Shown here in pieces: positions 42,923 to 53,004 of a stretch of DNA of 64,000 nucleotides. The DNA lies in the NCBI GenBank assembly GCA_963709405.1, contig CAVPXM010000047.1:46623-110622 (forward strand), in the 5' to 3' direction. The notes below the pieces were generated by a model that saw only the letters and a program-made list of their open reading frames with translations, was not told the DNA's origin and did not search any database. How positions within the stretch are numbered: position 1 is the stretch's first letter; every line of letters starts with the position of its first letter. Source of the stretch: an uncultured Nitrososphaerales archaeon. Lineage in GTDB: Archaea > Thermoproteota > Nitrososphaeria > Nitrososphaerales > Nitrososphaeraceae. The position numbers were made by a program, and so were the translations under genes.

Positions 42923-44354
42923 GCCTAGCTATGAACTTTCCGTGACCTAAGGTTGTCCTTTCCACTTCGCCATCTTCCATGACGACAATTCCTCTAACCA
43001 TTGTTAAAACAGGCCAACCACTCAATTCCCATCCATCGTATATTGTGTAATCAGAATAAGACCTTAGGAGCTCCGGAGACACTTTTTTCTTAAGTGCTAG
43101 ATCGATAACAATAATGTCAGCATCTGAACCAGGTTGGATAGTGCCTTTCGTTGGATACATTCCAAAGATCCTCGAAGTGTTATAAGTCGTCACCTCAACC
43201 AATCTCTCCAAGCTGATTCTATGTTTGTTTACTCCATTATTGAGCAGTACCGGAATCATGGTTGCAATTCCTGGAAAACCTGCCAAAGCAGACCAGATAT
43301 CTCCGTTTCCGAATTTCATCGATCGTTGGTTGGCAACATGATCCGTACCAACAGTATCAATTTGACCATTCTCTAAAGCAGACCAAATGCGTTGCAGATC
43401 ACTTTTTGATCTGATAGGTGGAACTACTTTGCCAAGAATGCTACCAAAGTCAGTACTGTGAGTAAGATAATGTGGACAAGTTTCAATATATAATTTGCCC
43501 TTTCCAATTCCCTTCCTCCTTTCATGCAAGATCGTTTCAGCAGCTTGTCCAGAACCAATATGTACGAAGTATAAATTTGAACCAAATCGTCGTGCTAGCG
43601 AAGCGGCTTTGGTTATGCTTCTTGATTCCGATAGGGCTGGTCTACATTTAGACCAGGTTTCCAAGCCGAAATCAGTCTCGTGTCTGCTTTTCGCTGCTTT
43701 ATGCATGTATTCTGCACAGATCAACGGGTCTTCTGCATGAACCATTGTTAGCGAATTAATTCTTGATGCGGCCATCAATATTGAAGAAAATAATTTATCA
43801 TCCATATTCACTTCTCTCTCATCCGGTGCGTTTGATTCAGGCTCAAGATCCATGAAAATATGATTGAGCTCTCCTCCAAGGTTCATATAGACTTTAAACG
43901 AGGTGATCCCGAACTTTTTTGCAAGATAAGACATGTCTCGAACCTGAGAGGGATACAGAATTGAAGCGTGAATGGAATAATCAACACGATGGTTCCCGTT
44001 ACTTGCTACAAGCTGTTTTTTGATATCTCTGTAGCTGCCCGATAATCTTAACATTCGCATCATAGTTGTTACGCCTCCAATTGAGGCCGATGTGGACTCT
44101 GTCCTTGCAGACTCCTCTATTGGTCTATATACACCGTAGTGGACATGTGGATCTATCGCTCCTGGCAGTATATATTTGCCCTCGGCATTTATTCTTCGAG
44201 AAGCTTGAATGCTATCGATTGATCTCTTGAGTGACTTAACCTTACCGTTCTCGATGATGATATTCGTTTGCACGATTCCAAGCCCTGGAATAACCACGCC
44301 TTTAGCGTTAGTGATTATAATGTCACAGGTGTTTTCCATATTATTAGATGGCAT
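42903..44354 (-). CDS. Cyclic amidohydrolase (dihydroorotase/hydantoinase family)
   Basis: IDPHVH, SFKVYM, VHAED, ETCPHYL, GTDH and GSDADI motifs. Confidence 0.9.
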   Translation of the reverse strand: MPSNNMENTCDIIITNAKGVVIPGLGIVQTNIIIENGKVKSLKRSIDSIQASRRINAEGKYILPGAIDPHVHYGVYRPIEESARTESTSASIGGVTTMMRMLRLSGSYRDIKKQLVASNGNHRVDYSIHASILYPSQVRDMSYLAKKFGITSFKVYMNLGGELNHIFMDLEPESNAPDEREVNMDDKLFSSILMAASRINSLTMVHAEDPLICAEYMHKAAKSRHETDFGLETWSKCRPALSESRSITKAASLARRFGSNLYFVHIGSGQAAETILHERRKGIGKGKLYIETCPHYLTHSTDFGSILGKVVPPIRSKSDLQRIWSALENGQIDTVGTDHVANQRSMKFGNGDIWSALAGFPGIATMIPVLLNNGVNKHRISLERLVEVTTYNTSRIFGMYPTKGTIQPGSDADIIVIDLALKKKVSPELLRSYSDYTIYDGWELSGWPVLTMVRGIVVMEDGEVERTTLGHGKFIARPTNGYK

Positions 44355-44629
44355 TCGTTGTGTTCTGCTTAGTATTTAATAACTCGCATGATAGCGTATC
44401 TACCATATACCTCGGAATAGAATTTTAGTTGTCTGGTTCGTGAAGAAACAGGATATCTGATAGAGAGCCAGATCAAGCATTTTAGCACCCTGACCGCGAG
44501 ACTACTAGCAAATTTTCGTCTCCCGAGCTTTTGTTACAGTTAACATTTGAGCAATATTACACATTTTCCATAAAGAGTGAAATGCTGAACACGAAATCCA
44601 GATATTAGTGAATATTTATTAGCAATAAT

Positions 44630-44935
44630 TTGATGGCTAAAGATACATCTTCGGCGGCTTCAAGCACGATCCCATTCCCTACTTTAACGATTCTATACAT
44701 ACCAAACAAGGCCGAAAGTTTGATCGAAGAGATAGGCGAAAAGTATTGTAATATGACTGCTGAGGAGTGCAAGGGATTCTTTCATGGTGGAATCCAAAGA
44801 GAATATAAGAAAATAACTATATGGAGTCAGGGGATTGACAGTTTATGGTTTAATGCCATCATAGCCAAGATAAAGGAACTTGCCAATATAGAATACGTCC
44901 CTATCGTATCTGGGGGCATGATGTATTCTGTCTGA
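44630..44935 (+). CDS. Hypothetical protein
   Basis: About 100-aa ORF with an AT-rich TATA-like element upstream; no recognised motif. Confidence 0.6.
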   Translation: MMAKDTSSAASSTIPFPTLTILYIPNKAESLIEEIGEKYCNMTAEECKGFFHGGIQREYKKITIWSQGIDSLWFNAIIAKIKELANIEYVPIVSGGMMYSV

Positions 44936-45135
44936 TTGTTCATCATGTCCAGAGACGTCGTTATGATGCTATAATATTTCGATCTAAGAAATTGCTTTGA
45001 TTGGCTAGTTCTATAATCTGAATCTAAAAACTTGATATTTGATGTCAATCTATCTATCTTTGAGGCTAAAATAGATTAGCAATTGAAAATGGGTGCTCGC
45101 ATGAAGGAAACAACATATTCGTTTTTAGCTATCTT

Positions 45136-45228
45136 TAGCCCGGCCCAGATTCGAACTGGGGTCAAAGGCTCCAAAGGCCTCTATGCTTGGCCACTACATT
45201 CGGCGGATCAAAGCTCCACTACCGGGCT
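45136..45228 (-). tRNA. tRNA-Gln(TTG) with a 20-nt intron at position 10/11 (45199-45218)
   Basis: A1-U72 acceptor AGCCCGG/CCGGGCT; anticodon arm GAGGC-CTTTGGA-GCCTT; BHB CGGT[AG/T]GGA...TCC-GCCG[AA/T]. Confidence 0.92.
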
Positions 45229-45267
45229 TCCGGGCGTAAATTGTTATAATGTGCTATCTTTATAATG

Positions 45268-46332
45268 TTACGCACAATCTCTTATGAAAGACAGCAACTT
45301 AATGAGGGGATCCTCCATATTGTCAAGCGTTCGCTTAGCAATTTTTTTCTGTCTAGCCGCATAAGCTTCACTCTGGAGCATCTTTCTAACTAATATTAGC
45401 AGATCGTGAGCGTTTGAACTTCGTTTGGCTAACCCAGAACGTACGAGGTATTTCTCGACATAGAATCGAAATGGTGAAATAGATATCGTGGGCTTTCCAA
45501 GTAGCGCAGCCTCTGTGGTCATTGTTCCTCCAGCTCCAATGAATAGGTCAACAGAGCAGATCAATGAGACGCCATCTACAACATTTTTTATTACTCGCGC
45601 TTTGTCTCCATACCGCTTTTCAACGTCACTAACCTGGTCCTGATATCTGCAGAGAATAATAATATTAGTTGATTGGGATAAATTGTTTACGAGATTATCG
45701 ACCATCGAAAGGCTACTATTGAGCTTGTTATCGGCAATATAGGAGGCCTTTAATTCTTCCAGTCTGATTAAAATATTTTTTCTATCTGTTTCCAAAGTTA
45801 AATCATTATTCAGATTGGCAGAAGCGGTATGCGAATCTCTTTTCAGCCATACTACTGGATCAAGAGCTCTATACATCGTTATTAATCCCCTTGAAATGCC
45901 ACTTCCTTCCCATGCCGAAATTGGGATAACCCATGGACAAAAGAGGCGATTTAATAGAGGGATTGTAAGCTTTGTGACTGCGGTTGCATGAGGTGAATCA
46001 TTAAAGCCTATCTGCTTAATCCCAAGGCCGAATGCAACCCTGCCGCATTCTGGTGACGAGAAGGAGATAGCAACTGACGGTTCGAATTTTTTTACTTCAT
46101 AAGCCAGTTTAAATATTCTACTGGCACTTTCACGTAGCTTTTCATATCTTTCTGCCCCTCCGTGCCTTCCTATTATCTTTAGGCTAAGATGCTTCATACG
46201 AGCTAGTTCGACAGCTTCTCTATATTGCCTCGAGGTGCAAAGGAGCTCATGTCCCTGCTCTTTTAGGGTATCAATAGCTGGCTTAAAAAACATAACCTGC
46301 TTAGGCGTCAAAATGTCAAACCAAATCCTCAA
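45268..46332 (-). CDS. DUF354 family glycosyltransferase-like protein
   Basis: MRIWFDILTPKQVMFF, IGRHGG and GAGGTMTTEAALLGKP motifs. Confidence 0.88.
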   Translation of the reverse strand: MRIWFDILTPKQVMFFKPAIDTLKEQGHELLCTSRQYREAVELARMKHLSLKIIGRHGGAERYEKLRESASRIFKLAYEVKKFEPSVAISFSSPECGRVAFGLGIKQIGFNDSPHATAVTKLTIPLLNRLFCPWVIPISAWEGSGISRGLITMYRALDPVVWLKRDSHTASANLNNDLTLETDRKNILIRLEELKASYIADNKLNSSLSMVDNLVNNLSQSTNIIILCRYQDQVSDVEKRYGDKARVIKNVVDGVSLICSVDLFIGAGGTMTTEAALLGKPTISISPFRFYVEKYLVRSGLAKRSSNAHDLLILVRKMLQSEAYAARQKKIAKRTLDNMEDPLIKLLSFIRDCA

Positions 46333-46440
46333 TGACAGGGATAATAGATCCTATTATAGAATAAAGCTTTTCCTTAATGTTTTTTATATATAGCAATGCA
46401 TGAATAAATAAATGCGTGCGGAAGAGGTAGGAGCAATTAG

Positions 46441-47608
46441 TTGAGCCTTCGGCAATCATCGTTATCTACCGCCGTATATGGTCTAAGCACTGAAGGGTAT
46501 AGAATTGCGTCTTCTATTGCAATCAAGGGTTTAAAGGTTTCATTGATTGATGAATCTGCTCGCGTGGCGATAGCAATAAAGCCGGATATTGCACGTAATT
46601 ACCCCAACGTAAATTCTCTTATAGATGACGAGTCCTTATTGGGTCTTGAACCGATCGATATTGCTATCAGTACAGCATCTTACATCTTTTTCGCCCCAAA
46701 AATTCGCAAAATAGGACAAGATGTCAAGAGTGATGTTATGTCCAAGTTTAGAGATGCCATAAAGAACTTAAGAAAGGGATCATCATTCATCTATGCTTTA
46801 CCGACTGGGATCGGTGGAAATGATGAAAACATAGCACTCATGGAACATCTAACAGGAATGAATGTCGGAGATGATATAAATTACTATTATATGCCAATTT
46901 GCAATAGTAATATTTCTACACCTGATCTTTTGGTTGGTTCCATACGATCAAGACAGGATGCACAAATGGAACGGTTGCTTCTTGATTCTGACACAAACAC
47001 TAGGTTAAATTTTGTGGATATCCTTTCTGCTGAATTAGCACATTCGATGAGAATTCTTGAGCACTATACTGGCCTGGCAAGTATCTTAGAAATATGTAAG
47101 CAAGTAGACGATGTTCACATAAGTAATGAGTTGATGTCAAATCCCCTTAGGAATGTTTACCTTGACGAAGTAGCAAATGGCTTATACGATTTACGTGCGA
47201 TAGGCAGCATCGTTGGGTGGTGCTGGCCCGTTGATGTATCTTGTTAACGGCACAATAAAAGGAACTGAAGCATATATCAAGCACCTCATAGATGAAGTGA
47301 GGGATGTCCTAAAGAAGCGCGATCTAAAAGCAAGTAGAACAAAAGTCGTGATTAAGTGGAGTTTAGACCTAAATGAGATGAGAGGGGACAAATTGGATTT
47401 GTTGTTGTCACTAGAGTCCAAATTGAAGGATTACATAGGTGATGTGGAATTGCATAACGGACCTTCATTAGATCTATATCCTAGTGACAAGACAATTATA
47501 ATTATTACGTGTTCAAAAGACGACTATGCTAGGTTGGAAGCCGAAGGTACTAGTAACAAAGAATGCATAATAATGAAGGCAAATCCTGTTTGTGAGATAG
47601 TTGGCTAA
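46441..47608 (+). CDS. Degenerate nucleotide-sugar dehydrogenase-like protein; frameshift near 47215
   Basis: Rossmann-like AVYGLSTEG, DILSAELA helix and C-terminal DLNEMRG, collinear with the UDP-glucose/GDP-mannose dehydrogenase architecture. Confidence 0.55.
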
Positions 47609-47819
47609 TGCATGATAAATTCAGATTAACCATCAAGCTAGTTGAGCAAGATAGGATGCGTTAACATGTCACGAAAAGAGAGCAGCCTCATGAAATGTAC
47701 CTGAGATAAATATCTAACAGACATTTCGTAATTAGAGGAGCAAGATCTGAGTACTTTCTGCCAAAGGTTAGCGCTCCTATTGGATAAACAGCTGTATATG
47801 AAATTTAGGCTAGATTATA

Positions 47820-48405
47820 TCAACTCTTCCGTGACGCATTCCATTTATCTCTCTTGATGTCGTACTCTTCTCGAGAGTAGCATACTCTTGCTGGATGCCC
47901 CATAACAACTGTATCAGCAGGAACATCCTTCGTTACAACCGCTCGCCATGGCTATTACACTATTTTTTCCTATCCTGACTCCAGGCTTTATAACAGCTCG
48001 ACTACATATTATTGCTCCATCTTCTACGATGACACCTATCAGGTTGGGACTCAACGGATAGGGATCGTTAGTAAAAGTAGCGCCTGGACCTATAAACACA
48101 TTTTTGCCTATCGATGTCAGTGGAGGAATATATACTGAACCCTCGATTCTGGTATTTTCACCGATCCTAACGGAATAGTCTACGTGGGTAAGAGAACCTA
48201 TTACCACGTTATCGCTTATTTCAGTATTGCCTCCGATATATGCGAAATGCCAAATCTTAACATTCTTCCCGATCTTAGCACTTCTAGCAATGTAGTTAGT
48301 TACCTTATCGTCTTTATTCTGTTGGAATCTATCAAAATCAACCGTAGCATTATCGTTACGATCATTATCGTTTTGATTACCTGTAGCATTCTGATAGTCA
48401 TTCAT
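47820..48405 (-). CDS. Hexapeptide N-acetyltransferase (WbpD/WlbB-like); +1 frameshift near 47943
   Basis: AKIGKNVKIWHFAYI and VFIGPGATFTNDPYP; shifted frame gives VTKDVPADTVVMGHPAR. Confidence 0.88.
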
Positions 48406-48487
48406 TTCCTATCCATCCCCAATCCATTTTTTCATCCATCGCTCATTTTTTTATATATCCGTTTTCGTTTAATACTTATCGCTGCTA

Positions 48488-48775
48488 TTAAAGATGCCAT
48501 GGCAATGCATTCTCCACTATATTTGTTGGGATATGGTCCCGCCACTTTCGCAGAAATTCTAGGTCCTTTTGCTTGTCCCGTAAATCATCAGGTAACATAA
48601 CTGGGATTTGCTCAAGGATTGGATAAAATCGTGTGCATCTATCACAATATAAGATTCCGGTGTTAATGATTTCATCATTTGTATTTTCATCTCGAATTAC
48701 ACTGATTTCAGTTAATGTCAGAGGATAATGTTTGTCGATTGGGCAGGCTAGGATACTAAGCATTGATTTTTTCAA
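48488..48775 (-). CDS. trm112: Trm112 family methyltransferase activator
   Basis: LSILACPIDK, GILYCDRC and FYPILEQIPVMLPD motifs. Confidence 0.92.
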   Translation of the reverse strand: MKKSMLSILACPIDKHYPLTLTEISVIRDENTNDEIINTGILYCDRCTRFYPILEQIPVMLPDDLRDKQKDLEFLRKWRDHIPTNIVENALPWHL

Positions 48776-48780
48776 TTTGC

Positions 48781-49746
48781 CTATCTCAAATCCAGATATA
48801 TTGGCGAGCCAGTGTTGCTAGACAAAAGTGCGGCCTCTGCCACACGTGTAACATTAACTGCGTCTGTAGCCGAAGCTAGCGGTGTGCTTTTTTCTCCTCT
48901 AATAGCAGATAGAAAGCTCCCTAATTCTAATATAAGAGGTTCCTGAAAATGATGCCTTCGCGGTATCAGAGTGGCTTCACCATGATCGATCTTGATCTCT
49001 TGCGTAATAAAATCACCTGAGATTATACCTTCAGTACATACTGCACTAAACATCCTTACCTTTTTTGGAGTAATCCAATTAGATGCTATTATCGCAACCT
49101 TTTGATTATCAAACCCCAACATGATGGTGGCAAAGTCTTCATATGAATGAAATTTCTTTCCTGCTCTAGCAAATACCATATTCGGTGTACCGTTAAATAG
49201 AAACATCGCAGTATCAATATCATGGACTGATGTGTCGTAGATTATACCAACGTCTCTTATATGTAAAGGCATTCTATTTTCTCTGTGAAATTCCATCATT
49301 ATAAGGTCACCGTATTGTTTGCTATCTATGATTTGCTTGAAATCTTGCACTGCTGGATTAAACCGTTCAATATAACCAGATGTAAGAATGACTCCCTTCA
49401 TCTTGGCTGCGGATACCATTTCTTCACATTCAATCGTAGAAAAGGATAATGGCTTTTCAACAAATATGTTAATACCCCTTTCTATCACCTTCTTTGCTAC
49501 AAAAGAATGAGTTTTTGTAGGTGTACATACAATACATGCGTCCAAAGAGTGTTCCTTTTCAAGTAATTCGTCGACCGAAAGATACAGGTTGGTCTTATAA
49601 AGATCAGCTATTTTTTTTGATCGATCGGGATCTGCATCACAAATCGCAGAAAGTACACCCATATCAGATAGAACTCGGGCGTGATTTTTACCCCATCCTC
49701 CAACTCCTATTACTGCTATCTTAAGGTTCGAATTTGTCTTTACCAT
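48781..49746 (-). CDS. Gfo/Idh/MocA oxidoreductase (WbpB/WlbA-like)
   Basis: IGVGGWG, VEKP, GYIERFNP and DTSVHDID motifs. Confidence 0.9.
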   Translation of the reverse strand: MVKTNSNLKIAVIGVGGWGKNHARVLSDMGVLSAICDADPDRSKKIADLYKTNLYLSVDELLEKEHSLDACIVCTPTKTHSFVAKKVIERGINIFVEKPLSFSTIECEEMVSAAKMKGVILTSGYIERFNPAVQDFKQIIDSKQYGDLIMMEFHRENRMPLHIRDVGIIYDTSVHDIDTAMFLFNGTPNMVFARAGKKFHSYEDFATIMLGFDNQKVAIIASNWITPKKVRMFSAVCTEGIISGDFITQEIKIDHGEATLIPRRHHFQEPLILELGSFLSAIRGEKSTPLASATDAVNVTRVAEAALLSSNTGSPIYLDLR

Positions 49747-50657
49747 ACTGCCGTTAACCAATTCATATATTCTTTAACTTCTCCAGAAACGAGCCTTGAA
49801 TAAGCTTCCCTGATTCTCCTTGTTATAGGTCCTTCCGAACCATTGCTAACAATATGGCGATCGACGCTCAGTATGGCTGTGATTTCCGCAGCTGTGCCGG
49901 TCAAAAATAATTCATCTGCAAAGTACAATTCGGTTCTTGGAATTGGTCGTTCAACTACTTCATATCCAAGGTTTTTTGCAATAGTAATCGCTGTATCACG
50001 TGTGATACCCTCTAATGCAGAACTTCCAATGTGTGGAGTGTAAATAATATTGTCGCGGATGAGAAAAATGTTTTCCCCAGCTGCCTCGCTTACATTGCCT
50101 TCTCTATCGAGAAGTATTGACTCGTCATAACCATTATTTTTGCTCTCCTGGGTAGCCAGGATCGAATTAAGATAGTTTCCAGATGCTTTTGACATCGGAG
50201 GAGTAGATGTATCGTGAATTCTTCTCCAAGACGAAACGCAGGTATTAATACCCTCACAATTAAAGTATTTTGCAAATGGGAACACTATGATCACGACGTG
50301 TGTCGGCGAATCGTGAGTAATATTAAGGTCTATTCCATGTACGCCAACGAATGTGAGCGGTCTTATGTAGCACGACTCCTTAATATTATTCCTTCTTAAG
50401 AGATTTATCGTTGCATCACAAAGCTCATCTGCGTTATATTTCACTGAGAACGAATAAACGCTTGCCGATCTGTGCAATCGAAGCATATGTTCTCGAAGCC
50501 TGAAAATGTAGAGATTCTCTGGTGTGCTATACCCTCGTATTCCCTCAAACACTCCTGTACCATAATGCAAGGCGTGACTAGTGACCGGGATTTTCGCATC
50601 TTCCCATTTTAGAAATTTTCCATCAAACCAGATAAACTCTGCTCCCTTCGTTTTCAT
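49740..50657 (-). CDS. ilvE: Branched-chain amino acid aminotransferase
   Basis: HALHYGTGVFEGIR, KASGNY, LEGITR and FLTGTAAE motifs. Confidence 0.96.
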   Translation of the reverse strand: MKTKGAEFIWFDGKFLKWEDAKIPVTSHALHYGTGVFEGIRGYSTPENLYIFRLREHMLRLHRSASVYSFSVKYNADELCDATINLLRRNNIKESCYIRPLTFVGVHGIDLNITHDSPTHVVIIVFPFAKYFNCEGINTCVSSWRRIHDTSTPPMSKASGNYLNSILATQESKNNGYDESILLDREGNVSEAAGENIFLIRDNIIYTPHIGSSALEGITRDTAITIAKNLGYEVVERPIPRTELYFADELFLTGTAAEITAILSVDRHIVSNGSEGPITRRIREAYSRLVSGEVKEYMNWLTAVW

Positions 50658-50693
50658 CCAGAGCAAATTCAATTTGTACACTATAAAAATCTT

Positions 50694-51329
50694 CTAACGC
50701 GAGAATAATCCATCTCTTGGGAATTTCACTCCCATTATTCTGATAGTGTGGTCAGCGCACGTTGCAAAGCGCTCTATAATAACCCAGTTATCCTTGATAA
50801 TGTTAGCCACGTCGGATGGGACCATGTCTTCCCAATGATACCTATTTTTATACTTACCTGAACTATTCGTCGCAACTTCCCTGTAAAGCGATTCTCTGAC
50901 ATTTGAAGCCGATATGTCTAGTCGAGTGGCTTTAGTCGGATGCATCAAATACGCTTTCAACATTAGTCGCTCGACTGCATCACCGGTATACGAGATAAAA
51001 TGTTCTTCTCTTATATTTTCGAGTATTCTCTTCCTAAGTATCCATGAGAATGGCGAAATCAAAGGAGGAAAGTATTTTATGAATGGTGATTCGAAGGAAT
51101 AATTGGGCAAGACTACTATATTTTTATCATCAAAGACCGATTCGATCATAGTCTTTCTAACATGATAAGGAAAGGGAAAACTTCTAGTAGTGATTTCTCT
51201 TCCTTTCTTCAAGAAAATAACGGGCAAGACGTACACGTTATGATCTTCGCGTAGTGATAAAATAATTTCTTTATGGGCATTCGTTAATGGGTTTAAATGC
51301 GCAAGAAGAATAACTGCACAGCTTGTCAT
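50694..51329 (-). CDS. HIGH-superfamily nucleotidyltransferase-like protein
   Basis: AHLNPLTNAH (HIGH-like), FPFPYHVRKTMI and ISASNVR motifs. Confidence 0.75.
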   Translation of the reverse strand: MTSCAVILLAHLNPLTNAHKEIILSLREDHNVYVLPVIFLKKGREITTRSFPFPYHVRKTMIESVFDDKNIVVLPNYSFESPFIKYFPPLISPFSWILRKRILENIREEHFISYTGDAVERLMLKAYLMHPTKATRLDISASNVRESLYREVATNSSGKYKNRYHWEDMVPSDVANIIKDNWVIIERFATCADHTIRIMGVKFPRDGLFSR

Positions 51330-51381
51330 CGGATCTTACAAAAATTAGGGTTATAGAAACAAAAAGTGCCCAAGAGAGCGA

Positions 51382-51784
51382 TTACGAGCTTCTCTTTATT
51401 TCGATTTCTATTGTAGAGACATTTCTTGTTCTGCCATCCTCTGACTGAACCGTCTCGGAGCCAATTCTTACCTCGCCTACTTTGTAACCAGCATTTTCCA
51501 TCCTCTTCAATATTATCTGAGAGACGTCCACTGCCCGTCCTATACTTAGACCTCGCGCTTTTATTGTCACACAAGGTACATTGGCCAATTGAATCAGAGT
51601 AGACGTAACATATGCCATCAAAGGTTTTTTTCCGATATATATTGCATCACGTGGTGCGTCTCTAAAGAATTGCTGATTTTGCTGTGGCTGTGGTTGTGGT
51701 TGTGCTTGTGGTTGTTTGTGCTTGTGGTTGTGCTTGTGGTTGTGCTTGTGGTTGTGGTTGTGGTTGTGCTTGTGGTTCGGACAT
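51382..51784 (-). CDS. albA: DNA/RNA-binding protein Alba with an N-terminal PQ/AQ repeat; frame break inside the repeat
   Basis: IYIGKKPLMAYV, IKARGLSIGRAVDV and NVSTIEI; ATG at 51784 gives MSEPQAQPQPQ. Confidence 0.93.
51682..51776 (-). repeat. Hexamer tandem repeat (CAACCA/CAAGCA)n, about 15 units
   Basis: Directly visible tgtggt/tgtgct units with one irregular unit near 51715. Confidence 0.95.
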
Positions 51785-51989
51785 ATGGATTCTAAATACC
51801 TCAGCATATTTAAATCTAGAAGATTACACAAATGACAGTTTAATTAGCTGTACCGATTTGCCATTTTAACCGGACTTATGAATGATTGTTGTATTATCGT
51901 ATTCCAATAGCCATGTAAGACCGCTTTACACCTCTAAATACTACTTTTAAATTCGGACATGAAGATGGATGGTCTAAAAATATTTGCAG

Positions 51990-52063
51990 TGGGACCGGCC
52001 GGATTTGAACCGGCGATCTCCAGCGCCCGAGGCTGGCATCATACCAAGCTAGACAACGGCCCC
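51990..52063 (-). tRNA. tRNA-Pro(CGG), no intron
   Basis: Acceptor GGGGCCG/CGGTCCC; anticodon arm CCAGC-CTCGGGC-GCTGG; GTTCAAATC T-loop. Confidence 0.97.
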
Positions 52064-52414
52064 ATACTCTAAGAAAATATTCAGGTCTGTATTATAAACT
52101 ACAACATGCTCGTTGTGGCAATCTAGCAATCTAGCGATTATAGGTTCCTTTCCCATACATAGTAATATATGCGCATTCTGATAGATTTTATGCACATTTA
52201 AAATCTGGTGACATAGATCTCGTGTAGCATAGCAAAAATTTGCACACTTGATAAAGATTTCAATGTGGATTTAAGTGATTTGTATTAAAGAAATACGACC
52301 ACGTGGTAGTGGGCGTATTAACAGATATCATTATGGTTTCAATATCACATCCAACCAACTGCGACATCAGTACTAAGATATGTCTGACAGATAGTTTTCA
52401 AGATACGACATTAT

Positions 52415-52850
52415 AATGATTCAGGCTTTCTCCTCGACCTGAATTGGAAAGATTCTAAACCCTCGTACTTCCATTTGGCTCCATTATGCCGAAAAGACCC
52501 TTTTACGAATTAGACTCCAGCTATCTTTATGTTACCATATATACATGCATGTTGAATGGATTCGATTTCTTCTGCTCGATGCTCTCTGCAATCTACAACG
52601 TATCCGCTTTTGCAATGATAGTAGATTACCATGTTCTTAGGATAAAAGGAAAGCATATCATGGTTAGCATAGTCTGAAGCCATATGTGGCAGATGGTACT
52701 CTTTCCCACGAAAAGAGTCCATCTATCTTGCCATCAAAATGGTATTCACTTCCACATGGGCATTCAACGTCTCTCCAGTTAGATGCAATATTACGTAACC
52801 AACGACAGTTATTAGGTGCATCGCTTGATGACCGATGGTTCGCCGGCATT
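52415..52850 (-). pseudogene. Possible rhodanese-like gene remnant
   Basis: Fragments RDVECPCGSEY..GKIDG and PKNMVIYYHCKSG loosely resemble rhodanese DVRxPxEYxxGHIPG and VHCxSG; frameshift and an in-frame stop. Confidence 0.3.
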
Positions 52851-53004
52851 AGTCTCCAATTTAGCAAAATGAACATATTATTGTTGGCCTACAAGTAGAT
52901 GAGACCGCTCCAACTTCTCCTTCGGACCCTTGAATATTTTATTACTGGCTAATTGATCTAAAATGTATGCCTTTCAAAGATCTTGGCTACCAATATAGGA
53001 TCTC

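Noticed and set aside
45083-45265. 60-aa plus-strand ORF
   Set aside because: Antisense to tRNA-Gln
51682-51776. Repeat as a possible CRISPR array
   Set aside because: 6-bp units without spacers; no 24-40 bp spaced repeats or cas genes were seen in the window
51684-51869. His-rich (HKHNHN) N-terminus of Alba and antisense CACGCACG or poly-Val ORFs suggesting metallothionein or a RiPP precursor
   Set aside because: These are alternative frames of one hexamer repeat; the ATG at 51784 gives the PQ/AQ reading
51990-52063. tRNA-Pro as the integration site of the accessory region
   Set aside because: Its 3' end faces the core genes, and no duplicated tRNA 3' end or integrase was found
52720-52780. 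CPCGSEY as a Rieske [2Fe-2S] box
   Set aside because: It lacks the His of CPxHG, and no CxH first box is present
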